Shown here in pieces: positions 24,860 to 38,864 of a stretch of 64,000 nucleotides of DNA. Location of the stretch: assembly GCA_050613775.1 (NCBI GenBank), contig JBODTK010000011.1, positions 1,302,001 to 1,366,000 on the forward strand. Direction: 5' to 3'. Both the position numbers and the translations under genes were made by a program. Numbering within the stretch: position 1 is the first letter of the stretch; every line of letters starts with the position of its first letter. The notes below the pieces were generated by a model. That model saw only the letters and a list, made by a program, of their open reading frames with translations, ran no database searches and was not told where the DNA came from. This DNA comes from Neocallimastix sp. 'constans'. Its lineage: Eukaryota.

Positions 24860-26086
24860 GGCTATAAAAAGTTCAAAAAATTATTAATTGAGGACTTTAT
24901 TGGAGTTATAGATTTAAATCTCGCAATTCTTATGTTAGTCTCTATGATATTACTCGTGAATTGAGAATACCTCCTCTTTCAGCTGTGTGTGCTATATCTC
25001 AATTACGATGCTTTAGAAAATGGAAAAATTCTTCATGTATTATTAATCATCTCACTAATAATATTCCTACTAGGTCACATTACTCATGGACTAAAGAATC
25101 AAGGACTTTGGATAAGAAATTAAATGGTAAGAAAACAAGTGAAATAAAAAAGTTTTATTGGGAAAGAGATGTCTTCAAACCCTCAAAAGCTAAAAAAGCA
25201 ATTATTTACAAGGAGAATGACTTTGGATTTATTTCAGAAATCAGAAACTTAACATTTCAATATCCTAAGTATCAGTTGGAATTCTTTTGGATTTCTCGAA
25301 TTAGGTGTGGTTTTAAATTTGACATTAGTATTTCCATTAAAAGAAAAATCGTCTCAGAAGATTGCCCTAAATGTTGTCCTTGTTGCGGTGTTAGTGTACC
25401 TAGTTTTTATCTCTGGATCTTTGCCTGTAAAGAATTGGAAAATTACAGAAATAAATCTTTACCTTTTCTAGATGATCTCTTTTTGAAGTTTGCAATGATA
25501 ATTGAACAAAAATCCTTGAATGTTTCTTTAGATTCAGAAAAGGATTATGATAATAATATTTATTATTATATATTGAGTACTCTTCTTGGCGGGCGTTCAA
25601 AATATTCAAAAATTAAAGTTAGTGATGGGGAACAAAGACAATTAGTTGACAATATTTTTAAACAAAGTTCAACTTCGTCAACTGTTTCGTATTTTGTGGG
25701 GATTGCGGAGTTTCTAACAAATGTAATACCATTAATTAGATTGATGATGAAATGGTATTCCATTGAATCTATCGTTGCCGAGAGCGTCGACGTCGAAATG
25801 ATAAGGAATGGATTTTCACCTCCCGGTGAAATGACAGATACAGATTCGGATTGATAACACTAATACTGAAATTATTACTCACAATAATAGACGTGGTGTT
25901 ATTATCGAGGAATGGGAAAAGTTAGAGGCTATTGCTTCTAACGCACTTTTTATAATTTTATAATATATAATATTTTATTTCATGTATTTTATTATTTTTT
26001 TTTCTTTAAAATCATGTAATTTTATTTTTATTATTATTATAAATTAAATAAAGTTATTCTCTTAGTCTAAAAAAAAAAAAAAAAAA
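24860..26086 (+). mobile_element. 5'-truncated divergent LINE (element D), ORF remnant to 25854, 3' UTR and A18 tail
   Basis: RIPPLSAVCA..KWKNS.CII..WTKESRTL..CPKCCPCC..LLGGRS aligns with the post-RT region of A/B; one stop near 24888. Confidence 0.9.
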
Positions 26087-26292
26087 CCACAGTAAAAAAA
26101 ATAAAAAAAAAATTCATTTTATTAACAACTAAAGTATATAATCTTTATCCATTTAAATATTATAACTCGCCATTGATTCAATTTGTTATCAACGCATTTA
26201 TAATTGGTTTTTATAACTTCTTCTTGAAAACCTTGTTTATTAATTATCGTTCTACTTTGAAGGCATGCAATATTATAACCCTTTTTGGAATC

Positions 26293-27422
26293 TCATTTAG
26301 ATGATAACGTACTCAACAATAATTTATAATTATTATTTGTATAAATACTTTGTCCATCAATACTAATACTGCTTGAATTATAGTTGGATTCATAAATTTT
26401 ACGTATAATATCAGAACTAGGGTAATCTAAAATTATCACTTCATTATAAAGTGGCTTTTCTTTTTCCTCTTCAATGTAACTAATCAATTTATCATTTACA
26501 TAATCTGCCATTTCTTTTATAGAACTATCAAACAAATCCATAACATTAGCAATATTGTCCGTTCTTGCCATGTTCATAAAATTAATAGTAAGAACGTTTG
26601 TATTATTTGTATCAAAAAATTTAGTAGCCATAAGATTATTCTTATCATAATAATTATTATTATATACATTAACTCCAACGTTACCTTTCAAAGTATCATA
26701 TACTATTTCCCATTTATCATCTTCTTCTAAGTTATAATCATCTTGCACACGAATATTGGGATATTTATTTTGTATATGTGGTACACAAATATTACCATCA
26801 CTTTTTCCACCCTTATTACTATATTCATCACATTTCCCCATATTTAGAATTCCCACATATACACCTGTTGGTTTATCATTATCTTTTTTTACTTGTAAGA
26901 ATAACTATCGTACCATTTACCAAGAGTAGGGATTTCGTCACCTTTATAAAAAAAAGTTACTAATAGTTTTATTGGTATTTTTAAATTTATTAGTATTCAA
27001 AACTGTATTCTTTTCAATACTTTCAAAAAGTTCTTTTTCCTCCATGCGTTCAATTCTATTTTTAAATGCATAATAACTGTTTCTGATGGATGTTCAATTA
27101 AAAAAAATCAATAGTATCATTTATTACATCATCAAACTTAAGACGGTCTACAGCAGCACCTTCTTTCAAACAATAAATAGTAACTCCGAAAATATCACCA
27201 TGAGTAATGTATATTTCATGACTAATATTTCGATCAACATCAGAAAGTCTTATATCTAAATATCTGATTCCATTTAATAATTGTTCTTTAATATTTAATT
27301 GTTGAGTTTCAGCTAAAAAATTATAATCTTCTACATGGAATGTTCCAGTGTCATGAATACCAGGGATATTAATTTGATTAAGACGGTATTTTAAATCAAA
27401 ATTTAAATTTACATATTCCAAG
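26293..27422 (-). pseudogene. Bacterial-type phosphatidylinositol-specific phospholipase C (PI-PLC X domain), frameshifted
   Basis: INIPGIHDTGT, TQQLNIKEQLLNGIRYLDIR, THG; after a frameshift at a homopolymer near 27100 continues EHPSETVIMHLK, then IPTLG and VQDDY. Boundaries approximate; an upstream exon is likely. Confidence 0.75.
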
Positions 27423-27589
27423 GACCTTTAAAATTTATATTTAATTTCTTATTAAACATTTTATTATTTTTTTTAATTTTAGATTTGATAAATGACAAAT
27501 TATATATATATATATTTATTTAATTATTTATTATTTAATTATTTAATAATTTAATTATTTATTATTTAAATAATAATTTTATTTTATTG

Positions 27590-28200
27590 TATTTCATTTC
27601 ATTTTATTTTATTCAATCTGTACTTTATATTCATATTTCAATTTTTTATTTTATTTTATTTTATTTTATTTTATTCAATCTGTACTTTATATTCATATTT
27701 CAATTTTTTATTTTATTTTATTTTATTTTATTTTATTCAATCTGTACTTTATATTCATATTTCAATTTTTTATTTTATTTTATTTTATTTTATTCAATCT
27801 GTACTTTATATTCATATTTCAACTTTTTTATTTTATTTTATTATATTTTATATCTGTACTTTTCTTATTAAATATTCAACTATTAATTTTATTTTATTAT
27901 ATCTGTACTTTTCTTATTAAATATTCAACTATTTGTTTTATTTTATTAAATCTGTACTTTTCTTATTAAATATTCAACTATTTATTTTATTATATCAGTA
28001 CTTTTCTTATTAAATATTTAACTATTTACTTTATTATATTATATTATATTTTATTTTATTATATCTGTACTTTTCTTATTAAATATTTAACTATTTATTT
28101 TATTTTATTATATTTTATTTTATTTTATTATATCTGTACTTTTCTTATTTAATATTCTACTATTTATATAATTTTATTTATATTAATACTTGTACTTTTA
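27590..28200. repeat. Minisatellite with AATCTGTACTTT core, related to the one at 3585-4615
   Basis: TTATTCAATCTGTACTTTATATTCATATTTC and ATCTGTACTTTTCTTATTAAATATT units. Confidence 0.85.
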
Positions 28201-29218
28201 TTACCATTCACATATTTATTTTATTTTACTTTATTTTATTTTATTTTACTTTATTTTAAAATAAATTTTTATATAAAGTAATACTTTTATATAAATTAAT
28301 AAATTTTATTTGATTTTAATTTCGATAATAAATACAGTAAATACTAAAAGTCCATGGACTATTAGTAATAATATATAATAAATATAAAATCTATTTTATT
28401 CCATTTTATATATATTATAAAATTTATTGTAATAAAAAAGGCTTCTCCTATATTATATTTGTGTGTACAATACATAAATTTATTCAAAAAAAAAAAAAAA
28501 AAAAAAAAAAGAATAAAACACATAAAATTCAAAATATGTAAAAAAATAGTGGTTAAAGAGATATAGAAATTGATAAATAAAACAATAATATATAAATTAA
28601 TATTATATTCAAAAAGAACCTAATAACAATAATAAAAATAATTTAATGAGTAAAAGTAAATTAATAAAAAACATATAATTAATTAAATGATTTGATATTA
28701 TATTAATTTATTATTTTTATTTTTGGAATAAAAATATATTTTTTAATTATTAAATTAAGTTAAAATAAATTAATATTATGAATAATAATTTATAATATTT
28801 AAATGAAAAATACTTTAATATATGTAAACTTTTTCTTAGAACATAAACACTTCAATGCATATATATATATATATTTAATTAAAAAAATAAATAAATTAAA
28901 ACAATTTATATAGCAAAACAAAAATAAATATATATTTTTATTTTTATTTATTTATTTATTTATTTTTCTTTTAAAATATTTTTGTTTACTTACTTACAGG
29001 ATTAAGAAAACTATTTAAAATTTTAACATTTAAAAAAAATAAGAAATATTAATGGAAATAATAAATTATTTAATAAATATTATATTGAATTATATTTTCT
29101 ATAATTTCTTTTTTTATTATAAATGTTTAAGTATAATTATCATATTTTAATTATTATATTATATAAATTATATATATATAATTTTTACATATATATTTTA
29201 CTATAGGTCTATAGGTGC

Positions 29219-32200
29219 TTATAAATACATTAGCTCTGATAACTTTAACCATGTAATTAAAACATATTCTCTACCTTTAATTTTTGAATTAATATACTTG
29301 TTTAATTTTGTTCTATTTGAAATAATAGGAAACCAGTTTAATTGTTTTATATTATCTAAATCATATTCTGAAATAAAATTATTTTTTCTTCTAGATAATA
29401 CAGTAACATACCATGAATAATTTGTTCTGTAAAATAATAACTTATTATTAAATTCACAATAAAAAAGAGATTTTTCTACTAGTTTCAATTCATCGAGTTT
29501 TATCTTTGTTTGCTCTTCCTCTTTCTTTTTCTTTTTCTTTTTCTTTTTCTTTTCTTCCTCTTCTTCCTCTTTAATTTCTTTTTCATTTAATATTTTATGT
29601 TTTAATCTATCTATATCATCAGAAGATAATTTTAATTCTAACCCATAATCATTCATTATATCCATTTCAGGTTTAAGTAATAATTTTGCTGATTTTTTAG
29701 CTCTTTCCATTCCATAAATATTAATATTATTAAATAATGTTTCAATTGCAAATTTCACCTCACTAAATTTTGAAGCTTTATTAATAATCTCATTATCAGT
29801 AAATACTTTTGATTTATGAATTCCTACTACTTCATAATTTTTATTTAAAAGAGGTGAACCAGAAGATCCATTATTTGTCAATACTTCATGATAATAATTA
29901 AAACCACAAACATTTATTATATTTCCATGTGATAATGAATATTCCGCCTTAGCATATTGAAAAATCAAAATCGATTCATTTATTTTAGCATCTTTATTAC
30001 TAGGTTTAAGAAATATTGGATTAATTTCTTTAATAATTTTATAATTTATTTCAATGAAAGTAACATCAATTAATTCAGATGTAAATATAAAATCTTCATC
30101 ATTAATTTTAATCTCCGTGGCCTGTTTTTCATCATTAGCCAAATATATTATAAATGAATTTCCTGTTTTAAGATTATTTTCATTCAATACATGATTATTT
30201 GTCATTAAACCACGCATTGGGTATTTTTCAGATGGAATTGGAATTTCAATAAAGAATCCTGTACCAGTGAAAGTAGTTTTTATTTTGCAGATAGATCGAT
30301 TTATTTTATTATAATATTTATTATTTTCTGTTGTACTCCCTCTGTTTAACATATAATTTTCTCTTATATTGGTTGTAGTTGAAGTTTTATTTTTACTTTA
30401 CGAATTATTATATTTATTTATATAATTTTTTATTATAAATTTATATATAAATTTTTAAAAATAAAAAAAATTAAAAAAAAAAAAAAAATAGAAAATGAAA
30501 AGAAATAAATAAATTGTATAAAATGAAAAATATAATATTTTAATTTTTTAATTTTTCAAAAAATATATTTTATAATATTAGATTATACATATGTTTATTT
30601 TTAATACCTATATATATATATATATATACATATTTTTAAAATTAAAAATTAATTCATTAATTAAAATTACAAGTAAATGTTAATATATTAGTTTTAAGAA
30701 ATTTAATATCATATTAAAAATATAAAGTCGAACCTGTATGAATTATCATTTTCAGATAATTTACCTTGTATATTAATAAAGAATTCATTTTGAATTAATA
30801 TAATATTATATTATATTAATTGAAAAATTATATTATATTATTATCAATTAACAAATGAAATAATACCTAATAAGATATTAACTAATTTATTATTATCATT
30901 TAATTTATATGTAGTTGTTAGTGGTGTATCCTTATAAGAATTTATTTTATTTGATAACGTTTTATTTTTTTCCATTAGAGATTGTATAATTTCAATATGG
31001 CCTAAATAGCATCCAATATGTAAAGGTAAATTATTTTTATTATCTGATATATCAACTTTTGCATTTTGAGTAATAAGACAGTCTACTAGGCTTTTATTTT
31101 TAAAATAACATGCTACCATTAATGGACTTATGCCATAGATAGATTTTTTATCTATTTTAATTTTTTTACTTTTTAATAAACATTTTACTAATTCTATATT
31201 ATTTTTTTTACATGCAATTATTAATGGTGTATCACCATATCTATTTCTTTTATTTATTTTCATCCCTTTATTAATTAATTTTTTTACTTCATCAATATTT
31301 TCTTTTTTACATTCAAATGTCAATAAATTATCATCATTTATTTTTTTTCTTTTATTTCTTTCTTTTTTTATTTTGTTTTCTTCTATTTTTTCTTGTATAC
31401 TCAGTTCATTAAACTTTTTTGAAAGTTCACCATTTTCATTAAAAATTATTTCTATTATATTTTTATTTTTATAGTCGTATAATAATCTTATAAATTCAAT
31501 ATTAATTTTTGAAATGTCCTTTAAATTACTATTTCCATAATAATTTGAAGAAATTGCATTTTCGATATCTTGTTCATTAATTTTCAACTTATTATTGATT
31601 CTTTTAGTATAATCTATTAATAATTTAAACATTTCAAGATTATTATTATCGATTGCTCCAAAGATGGGGAAATATTCTTTTATATTTTTGCCCATGATAT
31701 TCAGAATTTTATTATTTTCATTAGCATAATCCATTAATAATATAATCATTTCAATATTATTATTTTTGATAGCTCTCAAAATTGGATATTCGTTAAAATT
31801 ATCCATTTCATTTAATTCCAAATTAATATTTTTTTCATTAGCATAATCTATTAATAATTTAACCATTTCAATATTATTTTTTGTAATAGCGATTAAAAGT
31901 GGAAAAGCTCCGTTAACGTCTTTTTCACTTATTTCCAAAAAAATATGTTTTTGATTGGCATAATATATTAATAAATTAATAAGTTCAATATTGTCTTGTT
32001 CGACCGTTTCTAAAAGTGGATAATTTCCATCATTGTTTTTCTCATTTATACTTAAAATAATATTTTTATTATTGGCATAATCTATTAATGATTTAATCAT
32101 TTCAATATTATTATTATAAGTTGCCCATAAAAGAGGATAATATCCATCATTGTTTTTCTCATTTATACTTAAAATAATATTTTTATTATTGGCATAATCT

Positions 32201-34835
32201 ATTAATGATTTAATCATTTCAATATTATTATTATAAGTTGCCCATAAAAGAGGATAATATCCATCATTGTTTTTCTCATTTATACTTAAAATAATATTTT
32301 TATTATTGGCGTAATCTATTAATAATTTAATCATATCAATATTATTATTATAAGTTGCCAACAAAAGAGGATAGTATCCATTATTGTTTTTTTTATTCAT
32401 CTCCAAAATCATTTCAATTTCATTGGCATAATCTATTAATAAATTGACTATTTCAATATTATTATTTCTATTATTAATGGCACCTAATAGTGGATAATCT
32501 CCACCATTATTTTTTTCATTAATATTCAAAATAATTTTATTATTTTTGGCATAATCTATTAATACTTTAGCCAATTCAATATTACTATTTGTATTATTAT
32601 TAGTAATAATTAAAAGCGAATACCATCCATCTTCATCTTTTTCATTAAAATCTAATACTATTTCGTTTTTAATGGCATCATTTAATATTTTTTTTAATTT
32701 TGCAACATTATTGTTTTTAATTGTATCATTAATTTCTATTATTTTTTCTTTTTTCATATTGTTTTCTTTTTTATTCATTTCATTAAGCATTTTTGAGAGT
32801 CTACTATTTTCACTAAATATTAATTCTATTATTGAATTTTTATTTCTGTATTTATTCAATAAACTTATAAATTCACTATTAATATCTAAAATATTTTCTA
32901 AACGGTTATTATTCCATTTTTTTGAAATTTCATTTTCAATATCTTTTTCATCTACTATTAATTTAATTTTTTCCTCCTTTTTTGCATAATTTATCAAAAT
33001 TTTAAATAATTCAATATTATTATTATTCAAAATTATAAGTAATGGGAAATTTTCATTATTATCTTTTTCATTTATTTCCAAAATAATTTCATTTTTAAAG
33101 GCATAATCCACCAATAGTTCTACTATTTTAATATTATTATTGTAAATGGCACATAGAAGTGGATAATTTCCATCGTTATTTTTTTCATTTAGGTTTAAAG
33201 CAATATTATTTTTGTTGCTATAATCCAGTAATAATTTAACTATTTCAATATTATTATTATATATAATATTTAAAAGTGGATATCTTCCATTATTATCTTT
33301 TTCATTCATTTCTAAAATAATTTTATTATTTTTAGCATATTCTATTAATAATTCAATTATTTCAAAATTTTTTTTATTATAAGTAGCATTTAAAAGTGGA
33401 TAATTTCCATCTCTATCTTTATCATTTATTTTCAAAATAATTTCATTTTTATTAGCATATTCTATTAGTAATTTGACCATTTCATTATTTATATTATTAT
33501 TAGTATTAGTAAAAAGATAATAACTTTTATTATTAATAGCAATTAAAAGTGGATATCTTCCATAATCATCTTTATCATTAATATTCAAAATAATTTGGTT
33601 TTCAATTGCATAATTCATTAATAATTTAACCATTTCAATGTTATTATTATTAAGTTCTTTATTATTAATAATCATCATATTATTATTACATTTATTATAA
33701 ATAGCATTTAAAAGTGGAAAATTTCCATGGTTATCAATTTCATTAATATTCAAAGTTATATTATGCTTACTAGCATAATTAATTAATAACTGAGCTAATT
33801 TAATATTATTTTTAGAAGTCGTTATTAACAATGGATAATTTTTATATCTATCTTTTTCAACTATTTCTAAAATTATGTTATTTTTATCCGCATAATCCAT
33901 TAATAATTTGACTATTTCAGTAGCGTCCTCATTATAAATTGCTTTTAAAAGTGGATATTCTCCACTATGATTTTTTTCATTCATATCCAAAATTATTTCA
34001 TTATTATTGGCATATTCCAATAATAATTTAACCATTTTAATATTTTTTGAAACAGATAATAACAGTGAATTTTCTCCATTATAATTTTTTTCATTAATTT
34101 TCAAGATAATATTATTATTATTGGCATATTCTATTAATAATTTAACTATTTTTATATTATTAATGGCATTTAAAAAGGGGTTACTATAACTATTATAACT
34201 AATATCCAAAACAAATTCATGACTATTGGCATAATCTATTAGTAGTTTAACCATTTCAAAATTATTATTATTAATAGCATTTATAAGTGGGTATTTTGTT
34301 TCTTTTTTTCCATTTACATTTAAAATAATATTATTTTTATCAGCATATTCTATAAATAATTTGACCATTTCAATATTATTATGGTCAGTGGCACATAAAA
34401 GTGGATATTCCTCATATTTATCTTTATCATCTACATTTAAAATAATATTATTTTTATTGGCATAATCTACTAATAATTTAACTATTTCAATATTTCCTGA
34501 ATTTAAAAGTGGATATTTTCCATCTTTATCTTTTTCATTTATGTTTAAAATAATATTATTTTTATTGGCATAATCTACTAATAAATTAATCATTTCAATA
34601 TTATTTCTATTAGTAGCATTTAAAAGTGGATATTTTCCATCTTTATCTTTTTCATTTATGTCTAAAATAATATTATTTTTATTGGCATAATCTACTAATA
34701 AATTAACCATTTCAATATTATTTATATAAGTAGCATTTAAAAGTGGATATTTTCCATTTTTATCTTTTTCATTTATGTTTAAAATAATATTATTTTTATT
34801 GGCATAATCTACTAATAAATTAACCATTTCAGTGC

Positions 34836-34868
<33 letters not shown>

Positions 34869-36483
34869 TGGTGGCAAACAAAAGTGGATAATTTCCGTAA
34901 TTATTTTTTTCGTTTATTTCCAAAATAATTTTATTTTTATTGGCATAATCTATTAATAATTTGACTATTTCAATATTATTATTTATAGTAATTAAAAATG
35001 GATAATTTCCATCTTTGTCTTTTTCATTTAGGTTTAAAATAATTTTACTTTTATTGGAATATTCCATTAGCAATCTAATTACTTCAATATTACTATTATT
35101 AATGGCACAGAGAAGTGGATACAATCCTTCTTTATTCTTATCATTTATTTTTAAAATTATATTATTTTTATTTGCATATTCTATTAATAATTTAATCATT
35201 TCAATATTATTATATCTATTAGTTGTTGAAATTAAAAATGGATAATTACCTTTTATATCTTTATCATTTATGTTTAAAATAATTTTATTTTTATTTGCAT
35301 ATTCTATTAATAATTTAATTATTTCAATATCATTAACATATGCAACTTTTAAAAGAGTATAATTCCCATCTTTATTTTTTTCATTTACCTTTAAAATAAT
35401 TTTTTTTTCATATGAATAATTCACTAATAATTTAACCATTTCGACATTACTATTATCAATGGCACAGAGAAGTGGATACAACCCTTTTTCATTTTTTTCA
35501 TTAATTTTCAAAATAATATTATTTTTATTGGCATAATCTATTAATAATTTCACCATTTCAACATTATTTTCTCTATCTTCAAAAGAATTTAAGTATGAAA
35601 TTTTTTTATTATCAATAGCCACTAAAAGAGGAAAATTTCCATGTTTTTCTTTTCCATTCATTTCCAAAATAATTTTATTTTTATTGGCATAATCCATTAA
35701 TAATTCAACCATTTTAATATTATTATTATAAATTACATTTAAAAGAGGATACTCTCCATCTTTATTTGTTTCATTTATTTCCAAAATTATATTATTTTTA
35801 TTGGCATATTCTATTAATAATTTAACCATTTCAATATTATTATTTTTATTAATAATTGCAATTAAAAATGGATAATTACCATCTCTATCTTTTTCATTTA
35901 TATTTAAAATAAATTTATTTTTATCGGCATACTCCATTAATAATTCAATTATTTCGATATTAATATATTTATTATTAGTGGCAATTAAAAGTGGAAATGC
36001 TCCATTTTCATTCTTATCATTAATATTCAAAATAAAATTATTTTTATTGGCATAATCTATTAACTTCTTTATTATTTCAGTATTATTATTTCTAATAGCA
36101 CGTAAAAGTGGACATCCAAATCTATTTTTTTCATTTAAATTTAAAATGATATTATTTTTGTTGGCATAATCTATTAACAATTGAACTATTTCAATATTAT
36201 TATATCCAATTCCACATAAAAGTGGATATGTCTCACTTTTATCTTTTTCATTTATGTCCAATTTAATATTATATTTATTGGCATAATCTATTAATAATTC
36301 AACCATTTCCTTATTATTATTATAAGTGGCATGTAAAAGTGAAGAACTTCCATATTTATCTTTTTCATTTATATTCAATATAATGTTTAGTTCTTCACTT
36401 TCGTTGAAAATTTTTTTTACTTTTTCAATATCATTATTTTTAAATGCATCAATAAATAAATTTTTACTATTAGATAATCCCAT
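29219..36483 (-). CDS. Ankyrin-repeat / trypsin-like serine protease fusion protein, paralogue 1; predicted exons 36483-30867, 30764-30734, 30395-29219 (2274 aa)
   Basis: MGLSNSK start; about 40 ankyrin repeats; GT-AG introns of 102 and 338 nt keep the frame; protease motifs GTGFF, TNNHV, IDVTF, GSSGSP, VVGIH. Domains are secure, the splicing is inferred. Confidence 0.85.
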
Positions 36484-36964
36484 AATGTTTAAATATTTTT
36501 TTTGAAGTAATATTTAATAACAACTTAATAAAAATATTCATATCTCAATCAAATAAAGAATTAATTTTATATAAGATTGAATTGCCCTAATTACATTGTT
36601 TCCATTTCAAATATATTTAGAAATGAACAAATGAAATTTTTTTTCTTTTATAATTATTTGATAATAAAATTTAAAATATTATATTAAAACTAATTTAAAA
36701 TTAAATTTATTTCTTATAATTCTTTTTACATTTTACAATAAAAAATTTTTTAAATAAATTTCCGAAATATATATATATATATATTATAGTAGCAATTATT
36801 GAGGACTTACTTATTTTTTTATTTATTTATTAAATATGTATATATTATTTTAAAATTAATAAAAAAAGTATTAATTGCCAAAATTGAATATAATAATTTT
36901 TAAACTAGTAATGTGGAATAAAAATAATATTCAAATTAAATTATTTAAATAAATTCAGAAAAAA

Positions 36965-37760
36965 GTCTATATGCAACGAACCTCACCTTCAAGATTATAA
37001 GATTTCTGTTAAAAGGAATTCTTATTTTGGATTAGGGTTTGAATTGACAATATAAAAAAAATTATGGTCTTTTCCTTCAGAGGCATTGACTCTACTGACC
37101 TTTCTTACTATATTTTCAGTGTTGACACTCCTGGTTAGTTTTGCGCTTATACCATTGGAAAAGCAATTCTTGTCGAATACAAACCCAAGGAATAATTTCT
37201 GTAAAGAGAGCAGAAGACACCACCAAGAATGGCGTTTTTGAATAATCACCAGAAATAATTTGGATCTTAAACAAAACATCTCATTCATTTTTTTTAATTT
37301 AAATCAATAATATCTGCATCTCTTCCACCAAGAAGGAAGTTATATAATCGGTAGCATGTCACATATATATTAACATTATTCAGAAATTACTCATATTAAT
37401 ATGAATAATATATATATAATATATTTATTCATATAAAAATTATTGAATATTTATCATGAGTAATTAATATAATAAAATTAGTAGAATTATGACTTTTTTC
37501 TTTATTTGAGAATATAATAAGTAAAGAGCGAAATAGGACCTCTGAGCTCTTCTTTTTTATTCATAGGTGGAAGTTGTTATTTACTAAATAGCCTTTACCG
37601 TTTCAAACCAATCTCTAATCAAGACTAATATGAGATATTTACCTTAATGATTTTATAACCGTGACTGGGTGTCTTATCAGTAATTTCCTTATCTTCTTTG
37701 GAAAAAGAAAATGATGTTCCATTCCAGATACATGTGAGATACATGTGTAACCATACAGTT
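36965..37760 (-). mobile_element. Degenerate LINE relic of the same superfamily (element F)
   Basis: Minus strand encodes LYNFLLGGRD, TPFLVVSSALFTEIIP and TRSVNTE, matching VFNFLLGGRS, TPFLVVTAALLQSIIP and TKSVNAE of A/B, with frameshifts. Upstream boundary uncertain. Confidence 0.8.
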
Positions 37761-38864
37761 AACTATATTTGATTCATAGATATGCCCTATCCTAATGTAA
37801 ACTCAGAATAATCATTAATATAAATTTAAAATCATTAAAATATCATATAGTTATACTTTGATCTTAATTCAGCTATAAATATGATCATCTATAATTGTAT
37901 CTAATATCACTTGTTTAAATGTTGTATTATTTTTAATTATTTTTTTATTTATATTTAAAATAATTTAATATTATTTTGTTAAATTATTTTATTACATAAT
38001 CTTTTTAATTATATTTAATCCAAATATATCCTATTTTTTTTGAATTATTAAAAGTATTAAAAAAGTTTTTATCTTTAAATATATTTTTAATAGACTTTTT
38101 TTATTATTAATGATATGATTAAGTTTAGTGATTTATCTCTAAAAATATATGATAATTAATATAATAAATGAAATATATCCATAATAATAAATTTAAAAAA
38201 GCGGTTGTGAAAAGAAAAAATTAAATAAAATAAATTTTAATTGATAATAGAGTATTACGTGATATTTATTAAATGAAAAATATAAAGAAAGAATAAAATT
38301 ATTCAATAAAAAAATAAAAAATAAAAAAAATAAAACAAAAACAAATAAGCAAAACAAAACAAAACAAAAAAAGACAAAATAAGACAAAACAAAAAAAAAA
38401 AAATAAATAATTTTTTATCTCTCATGTTTATAAAAAAGTCTTACGAAATGCTGTCTCCATAATTTTATAGTCTATCATAGACAAATATTTTAAATAATCA
38501 ATTTATAAATAACAAGATATCTTTTCCTAGAATAATTTTACATATTTAATATTCAAATTTTAATTTTTTTGTTTACTTATTATATACTTTATTAATATTT
38601 ATTGAAAATTAATCGTTATAATCAAAATAAACCATATTTTTTATTAATAGATGCATTTAAAAAAATTTGAGTCAAAAAATTTAGAATATAATATATAAAT
38701 TAAAGATTAATTATAAAATATTGTATTATTTCATTAATTAAAGTTTTATTCTTATTATGAAAATTTAAACTCTTAGTTGTAGTTATATCTTTTTCGTTCA
38801 ATTTGAATTATTACTAATAATAAATATATATATTTTTTAAACATTTATATTCCTATAGAAGGAC

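Noticed and set aside
29219..30352. Stand-alone protease genes (also 38865-39779)
   Set aside because: Homology between paralogues extends upstream of the annotated starts to a shared splice acceptor; better explained as last exons of the ANK genes.
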